Shown piece after piece: positions 1 through 13,606 of a DNA stretch of 64,000 bases. Under the pieces are notes generated by a model. The model was not told where the DNA came from. It ran no database searches and was given only the letters and a program-made list of their open reading frames with translations. The position numbers and the translations under genes are program-made. The DNA is from Squalus acanthias (taxonomy: Eukaryota): the NCBI GenBank assembly GCA_030390025.1, contig CM059434.1, positions 25,792,001-25,856,000 on the forward strand. Reading direction: 5' to 3'. Numbering within the stretch: position 1 is the first letter of the stretch; every line of letters starts with the position of its first letter.

Positions 1-418
1 AGGTTGTGGGTTCAAGTCCCACTCCAGGGACTTGAGCACATAAAGCTAGGCTGACACTCCAGTGCAGTGCTGAGGGAGTGCTGCACTGTCGGAGGTGCCG
101 TCTTTCGGATGAGGCGTTAAACAGAGGACCCGTCTGCTCTCAGGTGGACGTAAAAGATCCCATGGCACTATTTCGAAGAGCAGGGGAGTTATCCCCGGTG
201 TCCTGGCTAATACTTATCCCTCAACCAACATAACAAAAACAGATTATCTGGTCATTATCACACTGCTGTTTGTGGGATCTTGCCGTGTGCAAATTGGCTG
301 CCATGTTTCACACATTACAACAGTGACTCCACTTCAAAAGTGCTTAATTGGCTGTAAAGCACTTTGAGACATCCGGTCGTCGTGAAAGGCACTATATAAG
401 TGCAAGTCTTTCTTTCTT
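1..418 (+). mobile_element. tRNA-derived DeuSINE (SacSINE1/AmnSINE1-like), 5' end cut by the window edge
   Basis: B-box-like GGTTCAAGTCCC, Deu-domain-like body (GTGCCGTCTTTCGGATGAG...AAAAGATCCCATGGCAC...CTGGTCATTATCAC), L2-type tail ending in (TCTT)n. Confidence 0.8.
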
Positions 419-419
419 T

Positions 420-553
420 GACCAATTTTTTGGTCATATGTCCTAATATTTCTTTACATTGCTAGCTGTCAAATTTTGTTTCACAATGCTCCCGTGAAGC
501 ACCTTAGGGCATTTTACTACGTTAAAGGTGCTATATCAATACAAGTTGTTGTT
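420..553 (+). mobile_element. L2-type LINE 3' tail fragment
   Basis: GTGAAGCACCTTAGGGCATTTTACTACGTTAAAGGTGCTATATCAATACAAGTTGTTGTT; the same tail recurs at 45125, 50196 and 58833. Confidence 0.55.
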
Positions 554-1320
554 TTAAAAAGCCCAGTTGTGGATATAATTATATTTCTGCTTAGAGACAG
601 AAAAGAAATTAAGTCTACACTCAGATACTCAACTCTGCACTGTCCCACATTTCTGGAAAAAACATTACCCTGATTTAGGTAACTGACCACCACGGAATTT
701 TGTGCACGTCTAAATCTGGTTATTCTGTGCTTCGAGTTAATATTTAATTGTCTAGTCACAACAAACTACTCGGAATAAAAAGAGCATGCTCTCGTTAGCT
801 AACAAATTGAAGACTGTAGCTGCTCAACTTCAGCTTTTAAAATTGTTGAAACCCATTTCTCGATGCACAAACTATACTTTTTTAAAAAAAGTCTCATTCC
901 ATGGGACAAGGGAAGAGTTCAACTGCAAAAATAGCATATCCATTACAAGTGAGGGAGTGTTTTTTTCTCTTTCTCCAGGTGGTGGTGTCTAATGCTGCTG
1001 TACGGTTGGTCTTCAAACTACCTTAATGACTACTTATAGGAAAAAAACTCAAGAACAAACAGGTCTACACTGAACCACATAACATCTGTCCATTCTAAAA
1101 ACTGAAAATAATATACAAGCAGGAAAGTTCACATCATCTCCAACTGAAATCAAATAGGATTCCCTTGTCTGATTTTCTCACCATCTTACCCATGGTAAGT
1201 CATACAACTAAAGAGACTCTAGCTTACAGGTCAGGAAACCTCTAGGCAATACATGACCTCTATATTGAGAGAGATCAGCAACTGCATCACTTCATTAAAC
1301 AGTAAATAGTGAATCAGTCA

Positions 1321-1539
<219 letters not shown>

Positions 1540-1632
1540 TCAACCAATTTGAATGTAGAATTTTAAAAGCAAAAACAGCAATGGAAAGTTCAAATTTATG
1601 TTTGAAAGATGTTACCCAATAGAACATATTAC

Positions 1633-1711
1633 CTTCAGAACTAGCTCTGAAAACTTTGGAGAGTTATTTGTTGTAGCCAGAAGACTATCCTGTAGAAGCA
1701 CAATCAAGGAA
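1633..1711 (-). CDS. CKAP5: CKAP5 coding exon ([27 protein letters not shown])
   Basis: 79 nt, ttgcag|T ... AAG|gtaata, phase 2 to 0; homologous to [25 protein letters not shown]. Confidence 0.95.
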
Positions 1712-2180
1712 CTGCAAAGGAAAGTTTTCCTTTAAAAGTCTGCATGATCATGCACAAAACTGTAGTAAATTCTATAATTTATATAATGCACATAGCAAAA
1801 ATGTTATTTAAAAAAAAACCAAAGTATCTGAATGGACAGCCATGCTTCAATGGTTTAACCCTTCTTTCCCCTGCCTCCAACAAATGTTACATTAATTATT
1901 AGGGTGCTCTTTATTATTTAGTTGCCCCCATCATAGAAGTCATCAATGTTTCCAAAATGAGTGGATTGTTTCTTCCCTTTCAAACCTTGGCACAAGTAAA
2001 TGACCTTCCAGTTTTTCCACGTGCAAATTAGACTTCCTTGATTATTCATTTCTATTTACCCAATAAAGTAGAACAGCATAGCAATCGTCATCATTGCTCC
2101 TCAAACAATATGCCAGATATGGATGATAAAGGGTAGGGAGCTTTGCAGAGAGATTTCAATTCCAAAATAATAAGAGAATG

Positions 2181-5100
2181 AGTGCGGTTTAAACAGAGCG
2201 CTGCGAGTTGGAAATTGGTTCTTACTTTACACCAAGGAAAGAGTCCGAGAGCGGGAGCAGTCAAACAACAACTGCGACGTGACGTCACAACCAGGGAAGG
2301 AGCTGATTGGTAAGTAGGACCTGGTGAGTATTTCTACAGTCCAGTCATTAAAAGTCAAAGTAAGGTCTCTAGTTTAGAGTAAGTAGGGTCCCTAGTGTAT
2401 TTAATATTCTTTAATTTAAAGGAAGGGAGTAAATTAAGGGTAGGACATGGCAGGGCAGCTCGGCTGCTTGGAGTGCTCCTCCTTTGCTATGTGGGAAGTC
2501 GGGGACACTTTAGGTGTCCAGGGCGAACACATGTGCAGGAAGTGTCTCCAGCTGCAGCTACTCGAAATCCACGTTTCGGAGCTGGAGCTGCAGCTGGAGT
2601 CACTGTGGAGAATCCGCGAAGCTGAGATCGTCGAGGATAGCACGTTAACGAGGTGGTCACACCGCAGGTAAAGAGTGCACAGGCAGACAGGAAATGGGTG
2701 ACCGAGTAAAAGAACTAGGAAGGTAGTGCAGGAGTCCCCTGGGTCCATCTCCCCAACAGATTTTTGGATACTGATGGGGGAGATGGTTTCTCAGGGGAAT
2801 GCAACAAGAGCCAAGTCCGTGGCACTACGAGTGGCTCAGCTGCACAGGAGGGGAGGAAAAAGAGTGGGAGAGCAATAGTGATAGGGGATTCTATCGTAAG
2901 GGGAACAGATAGACGTTTCTGTGGCCGCAGACGTGACTCCAGGATGGTATGTTGCCTCCCTGGTGCCAGGGTCAAGGATGTCACTGAACGGCTGCAGGGC
3001 ATTCTGAAGGGGGAGGGCGAACAGTCAGATCGTGGTTCACATTGGTACCAACGACATGGGTAGAAAGAGGGATGAGGTCCTGCAACAAGAATTTAGGGAG
3101 CTAGGTAGCAGATTAAAAAGCAGGACCTCAAAGGTTGTAATCTCTGGATTACTCCCGGTGCCACGTGCTAGTGAGTATAGGACTAGGAGGATAGAGCAGA
3201 TGAATGCGTGGCTAAAGAGTTGGCGCAGGAGGGAGGGCTTTAGTTTCCTGGATCACTGGGTCTGCTTCTTGGGAAGGTGGGACCTGTACAAGTCGGACGG
3301 GTTGCACCTGAATCGGAACCGGACCAACATCCTTGCGGGGAGGTTTGCTAGTACTGTTTGTGGGGGGGGGGGTTTAAAACTAACTTGGCAGGAGGATGGG
3401 ATATGGAGTGGCGTTATAGTAGGGGGGTGATGCACAGCCAAATAGAGAGGAAAAAACAAGTCAGCCTGGAAGGCAGAGCAAATATGTAATGGCACAAGGG
3501 AGTACGGCAAGGCTGGATGGCATTTATTTTAATGCAAGGAGTCTTGCGAGTAAGGCAGATGAATTGAAGGTGTTGATGAACACATGGGAGTATGATATTG
3601 TTGCTATCACAGAGACATGGTTGAGGGAGGGGCAGGACTGGCAGCTCAATATTCCGGGGTATAGAATCTTCAGGCGAGACAGAGCATGGTGTAAGAGAGG
3701 AGGGGGTGTCGCAATATTAATCAAAGGAGTCAATTACTGCTGTAAGGAGGGATGATATCTTAGCAGGTTCCTCTAATGAGGCCATATGGGTAGAACTTAA
3801 AAACAAAAAGGGGGCAAGCACTTTGCTGGGAGTGTACTATAGGCCCCCAAACAGTAAGAGGGAGATAGAGGAACAGATATGTAGGCAAATCTCAGAGAAG
3901 TGTAGAAATAATAGTAGGGGATTTCAACTTCCCCCAATATTAACTGGGATAGTCAGAGTGTGAAAGGCTTAGGAGGGTGCGGAATTCTTAAAGTGCATCC
4001 AGAGAGCTTTTTGAGCCAGCATGTAGAAAGTCCTACAAGAGAGGGGGCGGTACTGGACCTAATTCTAGGGAATGTAGCCGGGCAAGTGGTAGAAGTGTCA
4101 GCAGGAGAGCATTTTGGTGACGGAGACCATAATTCGGTGAGATTTAAGGTAGTCATGGAAAAGGACAAATACGGACCGGAAATAAAGGTTCTAAATTGAA
4201 CGAAGGCCGATTTTAATATGATAAGGCAGGATCTGGCCAAATCGACTGGGATCAGCTACTTGTAGGAAAATCCACATCAGAGCAGTGGGAGTCTTTCAGA
4301 AAGGAAAGAGAGAGAGTACAACGCCAACATGTTCCCGTAAAGGTCAAGGGTGGGACCATCAAACCCAGGGAACCCTGGATGTCAAGGGATATACAAGAAT
4401 GGATTAGGAAAAGAAAGGAGGCTTTTGGCAGATACAAAAGGACTAAAAACAGTGGAAGCCCTAGAGGAGTATAGAAAGTGGCGGGGGGTACTTAAAAAAG
4501 AAATTAGGAGAGCGAAGAGGGGGCATGAAAAAACACTGGCGGGCAAAATAAAGGAAAATCCCAAGGTGTTTTTTAAGTATATTAAGGGCAAGAGGATAAC
4601 CAGAGAAAGAGTAGGGCCCATTAGGGACCAAAGTGGCAATCTGTGTGTTGAGCTGGAAGATGTAGGTGAGGTTTTAAATGAATATTTTGCATCTGTGTTC
4701 ACTATGGAGAAGGACGATGTAGGCATAGAAATCAGGCAGGGGGATTGTGATATACTTGAACAAATTAGTATTGAGAGGGAGGAGGTACTAGCGGTTTTAG
4801 CGGGCTTAAAAGTGGATAAATCCCCAGGCCCTGACGGGATGTATCCCAGGCTGCTGTGTGAGGCAAGGAGGAGATTGCAGGGGCTCCGACACAAATTTTC
4901 AGAACCTCTCTGGCCACAGGGGAGGTGCCAGAGGATTGGAGAAAAGCTAACGTAGTACCATTGTTCAAGAAGGGTAGTAGGGATAAACCAGGGAATTACA
5001 GGCCAGTGAGCCTAACATCAGTGGTAGGGAAATTATTGGAAAAAATTCTGAGGGACAGAATTAGTCTCCACTTGGAGAGGCAGAGATTAATCAGGGATAG

Positions 5101-6338
5101 TCAGCATGGCTTTGTCAGGGGGAGATCATGTCTGACCAATTTGATTGAATTTTGAGGGGGTGACTTGGTGTGTGGATGAGGGTAGTGCAGTTGATGTAGT
5201 GTACATGGACGTCAGTAAGGCTTTTGGCAAAGTCCCACATGGGAGACTGGTCAAGAAGGTAAGAACCCATGGGATCCAAAATTGGCTTAGTGGCAGGAGG
5301 CAGAGGGTGATGGTCGAAGGTTGTTTTTGTGACTGGAAGCCTGTGTCCAGTGATGTACCGGTGCTGGGTCCTTTGCTGTTTGTAGTGTACATTAATGATT
5401 TAGATATGAATGTAGGAGGTATGATCAGTAAGTTCGCAGATGACACGAAAATTGGTGGAGTGGTAAATAATGAGGGAAGCCTCAGGCTACAGGACGATAT
5501 AGACGGGATGGTTAGATGGGCAGAACAGTGGCAAATGGAATTTAACCCTGAAAAGTGTGAGGTGATGCATTTTGGGAGGACTAACAAGGCAAGGGAATAC
5601 ACAATGAATGGTAGGACCCTAGGAAGGACAGAGGATCAGAGAGACCTTGGTGTACATAGATCCCTGAAGGCAACAGGACAGGTAGATAAGGTGGTTAAAA
5701 AGGCATCTGGGATACTTGCCTTCATTAGCCGAGGCATAGAATATAAGAGCAGGGAGGTTATGATGGAGCTGTACAAAACGCTAGTTAGGCCACAGCTGGA
5801 ATACTGTGTGCAGTTCTGGTCACCACACTAGGAGGGATGTGATTGCATTGGAGAGGGTGCAGAGGAGATTCACCAGGATGTTACCTGGGCTGGAGCGCTT
5901 CAGCTATGAAGAGAGACTGGACAGGCTGGGGTTGTTTTCCTTAGAGCAGAGAAAGCTGAGGGGGGACCGGATTGAGGTGTACAAAATTATGAGGGGCATA
6001 GATAGGGTAGATAGAAAGAAACTTTTCCCCTTAGTAGAGGGGTCAATAACCAGGGGGCATAGTTTCAAGGTAAGGGGCAGGAGGTTTAGAGGGGATTTGA
6101 GGAAAAACTTTTTCACCCAGAGGGTGGTTGGAATCTGGAACTCATTGCCTGAAAGGGTGGTAGAGGCAGGAACCCTCAACATTCAAGAAGCATTTAGATG
6201 AGCACTTGAAATGCCATAGCATACAAGGCTACGGACCAAGTGCTGGAAAATGGGATTAGAATAGACGGGGTTTGATGGCCGGCGCGGACACGATGGGCCG
6301 AAGGGCCTCTTTCTGTGCTGTATAACTCTGATTCTAAG
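2181..6338 (+). mobile_element. Full-length decayed CR1 LINE (ORF1 zinc finger + SGNH esterase; ORF2 APE endonuclease + RT)
   Basis: ORF1 pieces CLECSSFAMWE..CRKC and VIGDSIVRG..HIGTND..DGLHL; ORF2 pieces [35 protein letters not shown]; CR1 3' tail; many frameshifts. Confidence 0.93.
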
Positions 6339-7901
6339 ACTACAGTACCTTGTAATCATGACTAGTAGCTATTACTCAATATACAAAGTTAAGTTCATGC
6401 ACCCAAAATACAATTGTTTTCAGTGGATGAGGTCTAGAACAAGGAAACATTTTTAAGATTAAAGATTTAAAACAGAGAAGAAACTTTTTTTCAAAAAAAG
6501 TATTGAGACAGTGAAATGCAGAGTTCATGATTGAAGCAGACAACATGTCAACATTTAAGAATAGATCAGCTGTAGTTGAGAGAAAGTTGAAGAACTGTAA
6601 TGTTCATCTAGTTAGACACTATTTGTTGAAACAGATCTTCAAAGTGGCTCTTTCCACAGCAGAAACCAAGTGTATTGATGGCAAGTCACCTAGCCATTTT
6701 TCAATTTCCTCTTTATGGTTAGAGCTCAGTAAAATCTTGTGTGGCGTATCAGAAACAAATCGTTTTAAGAGCATGCTCAGAGAAGCTGAAAGAACCACTA
6801 ACTTGGTTTAAGATGTAGAAGTTGGGTTATTCCACTGAAGTATCTTGCCAGTGTTTTTGTATTTTATCTTTAAATAAATAGACAAATTTAGCCTGTATGC
6901 AGGGGTCTAGTGGTGCGATATTTGTTGACTTCTGAAGTGAAAGGAGTATGAGACAGGATCTTTTACATTCTCCAGTGATCATTGGTGATCTGGGGTTAAC
7001 TGTTAGACCTTCCACTGATCCAACTATGACAGAACACAGCAGCGTTTCAGTTCATGGGAGACTTCATTTATGGCAACCGTCTAGTATTTAAAAGGAGTAA
7101 AATGTTAGGGGAAAAGTCTGAACTGCAGCAAACCGTGCAGTTTTGTAAGCAGTGGATGTCATGGACTGAGATGGACAGTATGCTCAACACTTGTGTGCAA
7201 TGGACATATAGATTGAGGGACCATTGATGTAATTGCTGTGATTTTACATTACCTGAGAAATGGTCAATATATAGTAAAACTTGTCCAGTCATATTTGATT
7301 TATCAAAGATATTTGCATTTCAGAATTGTTGATCAAAAATGGTTTGGTTTAAAAGCTTAAGTAGTTTCATCATTGTTCTGAATTAGTCATGAGCAACCAT
7401 TTTCAATCCCATTTCCCCAGGGGCCAGACAGCCTATGCCAAATCAGTGTTGCTGTAGATCTATAACTGACCTAGATTTCTTGCAGTCTCCATAAGAAAGC
7501 ATGTGGCACTCATCTAGAACTTCATGATGTGGCAAGATCATTGGTAGTAACTCAAGCCATTTCTACCAATGAAATTTTCCTAAGGTTACTACCATGTTCC
7601 AGAAAGGCCTCCACTAACATTCACAAAACACTTAAAACTTCAAAAAGTCTTTTATCCAGAATGGGTCCCTCTGCAGATGTCCTTCACTAAAACTGAAATT
7701 TCATCACTGTATAAAAAGTTAGTTAAAGTTTAACGTTAAACTTTACCATGAGTGAAAGGTGGCATATGTTCCAGCACAATCAGATGCAACACCACCTTGT
7801 GACAATTCCTAAAGCAAGTTCCAAAAGAGACAGGCTTCAAGATATTCTTAAGTGTCCATAATTTAATGTAGCCACATAATCAACTCAGCTTTTCCCCTTT
7901 A

Positions 7902-8198
<297 letters not shown>

Positions 8199-8344
8199 TT
8201 ACATTAAACAACCTTCTATGTGGAGGATGGTATAATTAAGAATTAAACTTAAATTTTCAAAATCACTTACAATGTTCTGTTCCCCTAATGTTAGACTCTT
8301 AATAATAGTGAGACACATCTGAAAAATTTAATTTTAAAACCCAC

Positions 8345-8525
8345 TTACCCATTCTCATCATTCCAGGTATCACTCAAGTGAACTATTACTGAACTTTCTC
8401 CAAGGTTACTTTCTTCACCCAAAACTGAACACAACACTCCAAATGAGGTCTAACTTGTGCTCTAGGTCACTGCAGTTTCACTTCCTTGCTTTTATATTCT
8501 ATACTTCTTGAAGTCCAGCATTCCA
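8345..8525 (-). mobile_element. Degenerate CR1 RT fragment
   Basis: Translates to SRSIEYKSKEVKLQ, matching the CR1 IEYKSREVMLQL motif. Confidence 0.55.
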
Positions 8526-8601
8526 TCTGGAGCTGTGTTTCTGACATACATGGGAAGCAGTTGCCATGTTTTGTAGATCTAAACCAAGCTACTGAGAAAT
8601 T

Positions 8602-9300
8602 ATGGCCCCAGTATTTATGGGGAGGTGAGGAGGATGTTGGGGGAGGGGTGGATGGGGGCCGTAATCGGCCTAAGAACACGGCAAGGCCGGGGACATGGAG
8701 GCCTTACCGATCAACAGCAGGGCCTCATTTAAATAAAATGATGCAGTCACCCGCCTGACAGCCAGCCAGATTGGCAGCCTGGCTGACAGGCAGGTTGCAG
8801 CACAGACAAGCAACCAATGGCCATAACCGGGGACCGTAGTGACGGTCTCTGACAGTTAGTGAGTTCAGGGCCGCGATCAGGATGAGGAAAAGGGCTGTAA
8901 ATGTGGCCACGCTTGAGGGCTGTGAACAGAGCTGCAATCAGTGCCGGGTCTTGCTGCGATCGGGGCTGGAGTGGTAGCCCTGTTCAAGGGAGACCCTTTG
9001 CTTCCTTGCGAGGCCTGGAGAAACACTACTGCCCCACAAACAAACCCGAAGAATAAACTTTAAAACGTACCTTATGGGCCTATTCTGGCCAAGGATCCAG
9101 CTCCCGGCAGGTTTTGCTTGATGGGGGAGCCGAAACTACCCCACTGCTCAAGCTTCTGGTTGATACTGCAGAGCGGGTCCTATCTGCATATTTATGACAG
9201 GATACCACTTCCTTCCTGCAGGGTGTCCTGCTCTAACATGTGGACAGATCGGGAAGGAAGTGGGGATCGGTGGGGGATAACTGACACCTGTTATTTTGAC
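8602..9300. repeat. GC-rich interspersed element of unknown class (probable non-autonomous DNA element)
   Basis: Abrupt GC/CpG-rich block in an AT-rich intron with no coding similarity; ends not resolved. Confidence 0.3.
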
Positions 9301-9868
9301 TAAATTTTTGTTAGCCTAATGAAATGTATATTCTCTCCCACCCCCTTTTCGGAACACACCCCATTTATCCAAGTCCAGAAAGCTTAGATATAGATCAGCA
9401 GAGCCTTAGCTTACTGACCAAACCAAAAGGGTGTTAAAGGTGAACGATATTCTGGAGTACTATAGATGATTGGCTTAGGCAACAGACCACCAAGTCGGTC
9501 ACCGAACACATCCATGGGAAACTGATTCAATTGTGTCAATGGAAAATAAAATCGTGTGGGTGTAAAACAGGAGGCCGATCCGATCCAATCCAATCAATTC
9601 CACAACGGATGGGGGAGGTGAAAATTACCCCTGTAGTTTAAAATTTCCACCACCAAGCTTGTCATCTCAATGCCAGAGACCTTAATTATCCCACCTCCTC
9701 CCTCTCCTCCTTGTGCAGGAAGACAGCCACTAGTCATAAGACAACTATAAGCATGGGTTTGAGTCCACGCTCAGCAGACAGCAGGTATCAGTTCCTCACT
9801 GACAGCATGGTGAGCAGTACAATCATAATATAAGAATGCACTTTTTTTTTTTTTTTTTTTAAACTCAC

Positions 9869-9898
9869 CTTTTTGTCGAATTCCTTTTCCGAGGCTGG
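9869..9898 (-). CDS. CKAP5: Candidate 30-nt in-frame CKAP5 cassette microexon (PASEKEFDKK)
   Basis: ccttttcag|CCAGCCTCGGAAAAGGAATTCGACAAAAAG|gtgagt, phase 0-0 inside a phase-0 intron. Confidence 0.35.
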
Positions 9899-10458
9899 CT
9901 GAAAAGGACTTTTGTATAACATCCAGCACATTTCACTTTGCAGCATCTCCCCCCCACTCTTTCTTTGGCAAGTCAAATATGTTAGTTTCTGGTACAGTCA
10001 CCTTCCTTTCATCTTAGAAAAGTCTTATAAAAAAGTCAGCATTACTTTTTCTCCCATTCAGACAGTATCTATCCTAAGGAAAAAGATTTTCACTTGATAT
10101 TGACAATGTTGTTGGGCATTTCCAGGGTTCTCGTGTTCATTTCAATTTTTCCCCTCATCGTTGGTCTAAATCCCTGTTCTGCTGCGGATGCCATACTTTT
10201 AAAAATAAATGCATGTGCTTCAATTTTTCTTTGGATCCCTAGTCTAATTTCTGATTAAGTCAGACTAATGCTATTGCCTTTGTCTAGGCCAAGAGGAGGA
10301 AAAAGATGTTAACTGAAAGTGTTCCTCTTTCCCACAACCCCCAAATTGTTAACACATCAAGAGTCTAGTGGTATATATCTTGCACTAAATTTAACGGGAC
10401 ACGTTTAACCTACCCAACCTGCTACTTTGTGTAGAAATGTTTCTATAGTGCGTCAATT

Positions 10459-10567
10459 TGTGAGTCAGATGGCCCCTGTGCACATAGTTTAGTCCTCAGG
10501 GTTCAGAAAGGAGCAGCTATGTCACTGCACAACTACTCCTTTATTGGTGCAACTCATCACTCTCACA
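10459..10567 (-). ncRNA. SNORD67: C/D box snoRNA SNORD67 (guide for U6 snRNA C60 2'-O-methylation)
   Basis: TGTGAGA-GTGATGA (C box) ... GTGCACAGGGGCCAT-CTGA (D box)-CTCACA; terminal stem TGTGAG/CTCACA; guide complementary to U6 AUGGCCCCUG; CKAP5 is the known host gene. Confidence 0.93.
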
Positions 10568-10962
10568 TGTTCTCCATTAAAGACTAGACAAAAAAAAGTG
10601 ATATATTTCCTATTTAAATAGACTCTTATTCTAGACATACGCTAGGCCCGGATTCATTAAAAAAAATTAAAATATAGCAGATCTATACCCCACTGGAATA
10701 TTCATTCCCATTAGATTTTAGGGATTTAGGTTTATTATTGCAATAATGTTCACTACTTTGCTGACTAATGTTTTTACATATTTGTCAATTTTTTATTCCT
10801 AGCTTTTGCTGTGTGCATATTACCCACTGCTAGTCAAACAAACATCTAGTCTGTCCAATAAAAAAATTGTAGAATATAAATTTAGAATCAGATTTATCAC
10901 ACAAAAAAAATCATAGTTTTGACATATTAAATGAATGTCTTACAACATAATACAATATTTTA

Positions 10963-11184
<222 letters not shown>

Positions 11185-11244
11185 TTAATTTGTGCAGAAG
11201 AAACTGAATACAACAGACAATGCATCCTCACTTTACCAACATGA

Positions 11245-12450
11245 CTTATAGAACCACAGAATCCTACAGTACAGAAGGCTGCTATTTGGCCCATCTTTCT
11301 TTGAAAGAGCTGTCCAATTAGTCCCACTCCCCAGCTTTTTCCCCCATAACCCTGCAAATTAGTCCTCTTCAAGTACATGTCCAATTGCCCATTGAAAGTT
11401 ACTATGGAATCAGATTCCACCACTTTCAGGTAGTGTGATCCAGATCTCAACAGTCCTCTGTGTGAAGAAATTTCCTTATTTCCCCTCCAGCTCTTTTGCC
11501 AATTATTTTAAATCTACGACCTCTGGTTACCAACCCACTTACCAGAAGAAATAGTTTCTCCCTACTTGCTCATCAAAGCACCTCATTATTTTGAATACCT
11601 CTAATTGGTCTTCCCTTAATCCTCACTGCTCTAAAGGAGAACAATCCCAACTTCTCCAGTCTCTCACATAACTGAACTCTCATCCCTGGTATCGTCCCAG
11701 TAAACCTACTCTGTACCCTCTCTAGGACTTAATCTTTTCTATTCTACTTAATATCTTGTATACCTCCAACATCCCCCTTATTTGCCTCCTTGCAAGACTA
11801 AGAGCCCCAAGTTTTCCCAACTGCTTCTTCATAATTCAGTCCTTGGATTTTCCCTTGTGCCTCAGGTGACCAGAACTGAATGTAGTGCTCAAGGTGTGAC
11901 CTGATGAGATATATAAGTTCAGAATAGTCTCAGAATTGTACTCTATTGAGCTGACAATATAGTTTAGCATTGTTCACTTTGTTGAGTGCTGTTCTGAATG
12001 ACTGAAGTTAAGTGTTGTTTATCATTGTTCCCATAATTCTCAGTCACTTCCCCCAGTAAGTTCTACACCAATCATTATGCTCCATTTTTTTCTTCCTACA
12101 TGCAACACCTTAAAACTTGTATTTGTCTAAAAAATTCTTCTGCCATGTTTAGTCCACTTGTAATTTTTTCTGTAGTTCTGCTTCAGACTCTATTGTACTC
12201 TTTCCCTCTCTCCTGCCCTGTTTAGTACCTTTGCAAATTTGGCCAACTTGTATTGAACTGAATTGCTGAATTCAGATTATTTATGCAGATTAGAAACCGA
12301 AGAGGCCCTTCCATTAATTTCTTAGGCACTCCTCTCAATACAGCTCCTCAGCTTGACATCACTCCCCGATCACCCACAGCTTCCTCTTTCAGTCAATCCC
12401 TTTAAGATTTCATACTTCAATTGTACTAAATTCTTTAGGTGACAAGATAT
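11245..12450 (-). mobile_element. CR1 3' fragment (~11245-11730) followed by an older, more degenerate CR1 RT fragment
   Basis: Reverse-complement CR1 tail (CATAGAA-type repeat, GGCCCATC) and residual RT motifs. Confidence 0.65.
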
Positions 12451-12587
12451 TGATGAAGGCAGTTTATATAGCCTTTGGCCCATTTGATCTCATCTGTCGA
12501 GGAGGACAGTAATCCAATTACAGTTTTAAAATCCAAATATGCAGACGGAATTTTAATTTAACATTTTATCCAACAGCATGGATATTA

Positions 12588-12809
<222 letters not shown>

Positions 12810-13606
12810 TCAAGATGAAGCTTAAAAAATTATCAAAATTTTCATGTTGCACATCAACCCCAAAATAAGATTGCACAGTTGCAAACAAGCTGAACATCTG
12901 GTGTGCTATTTGTGGCTGGCAATTGCACTCACCACTTATCACCTTTACGTACACGATGCTTTAATTTTCACATTATAGTTACCCTATGAGCACTACCAAT
13001 ACAGTCAGGTCAATGGAATGCAAGGCACCAAGGGTGTCTGCCTCCTGAAGGTGTTTTCATATTTTGACATTCATTTCCCACTTCAAAAATCTTTAATAGG
13101 CTTCAGTGGCATTTGATGAAGGTGGCAAAGCAGCAGCAAGAAGTTCAAAAAGAAAGCCAATCACAATGCTATCAAAATTGCACAGCATTCCTAACAATTG
13201 GGTTTTGGCAGTGGTGCAGCTTGCTTTAATTAAATGACTGTGCAAGTTTAGATCAATTTGCTGCCATTGATGTAGCAAAGTGTCCCCAGTATTGTCCAAG
13301 GTCCTCAGCTTGCTAGGTAGTAACGGGCAGTCAAGAAGTCTCAGCAGCACGTAAGAATTGATTTAGAGAGCCAGGATAGAATGACTGCATTACTAGAGTA
13401 GTACATAATTCCAGATATTAAACTGGAAAGAATTTACCTGGTAGGGTCTTCGCTCTTCGAATGATACAAGTTATCCACACACAGTAGCAGTATAGTCTAA
13501 TTTGGTATAGTCTGTGAAATCACATGCTAAGGTTACATAAAATAGCACTATTTCCATTTCAATTGCCAGTTAAGGGAAACAATGTGATAAGCACTGTATA
13601 AACTCT

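Noticed and set aside
7652-7710. Minus-strand GTGATGA plus a stretch loosely similar to the SNORD67 guide (possible second copy)
   Set aside because: No CTGA D box, no terminal stem, too short
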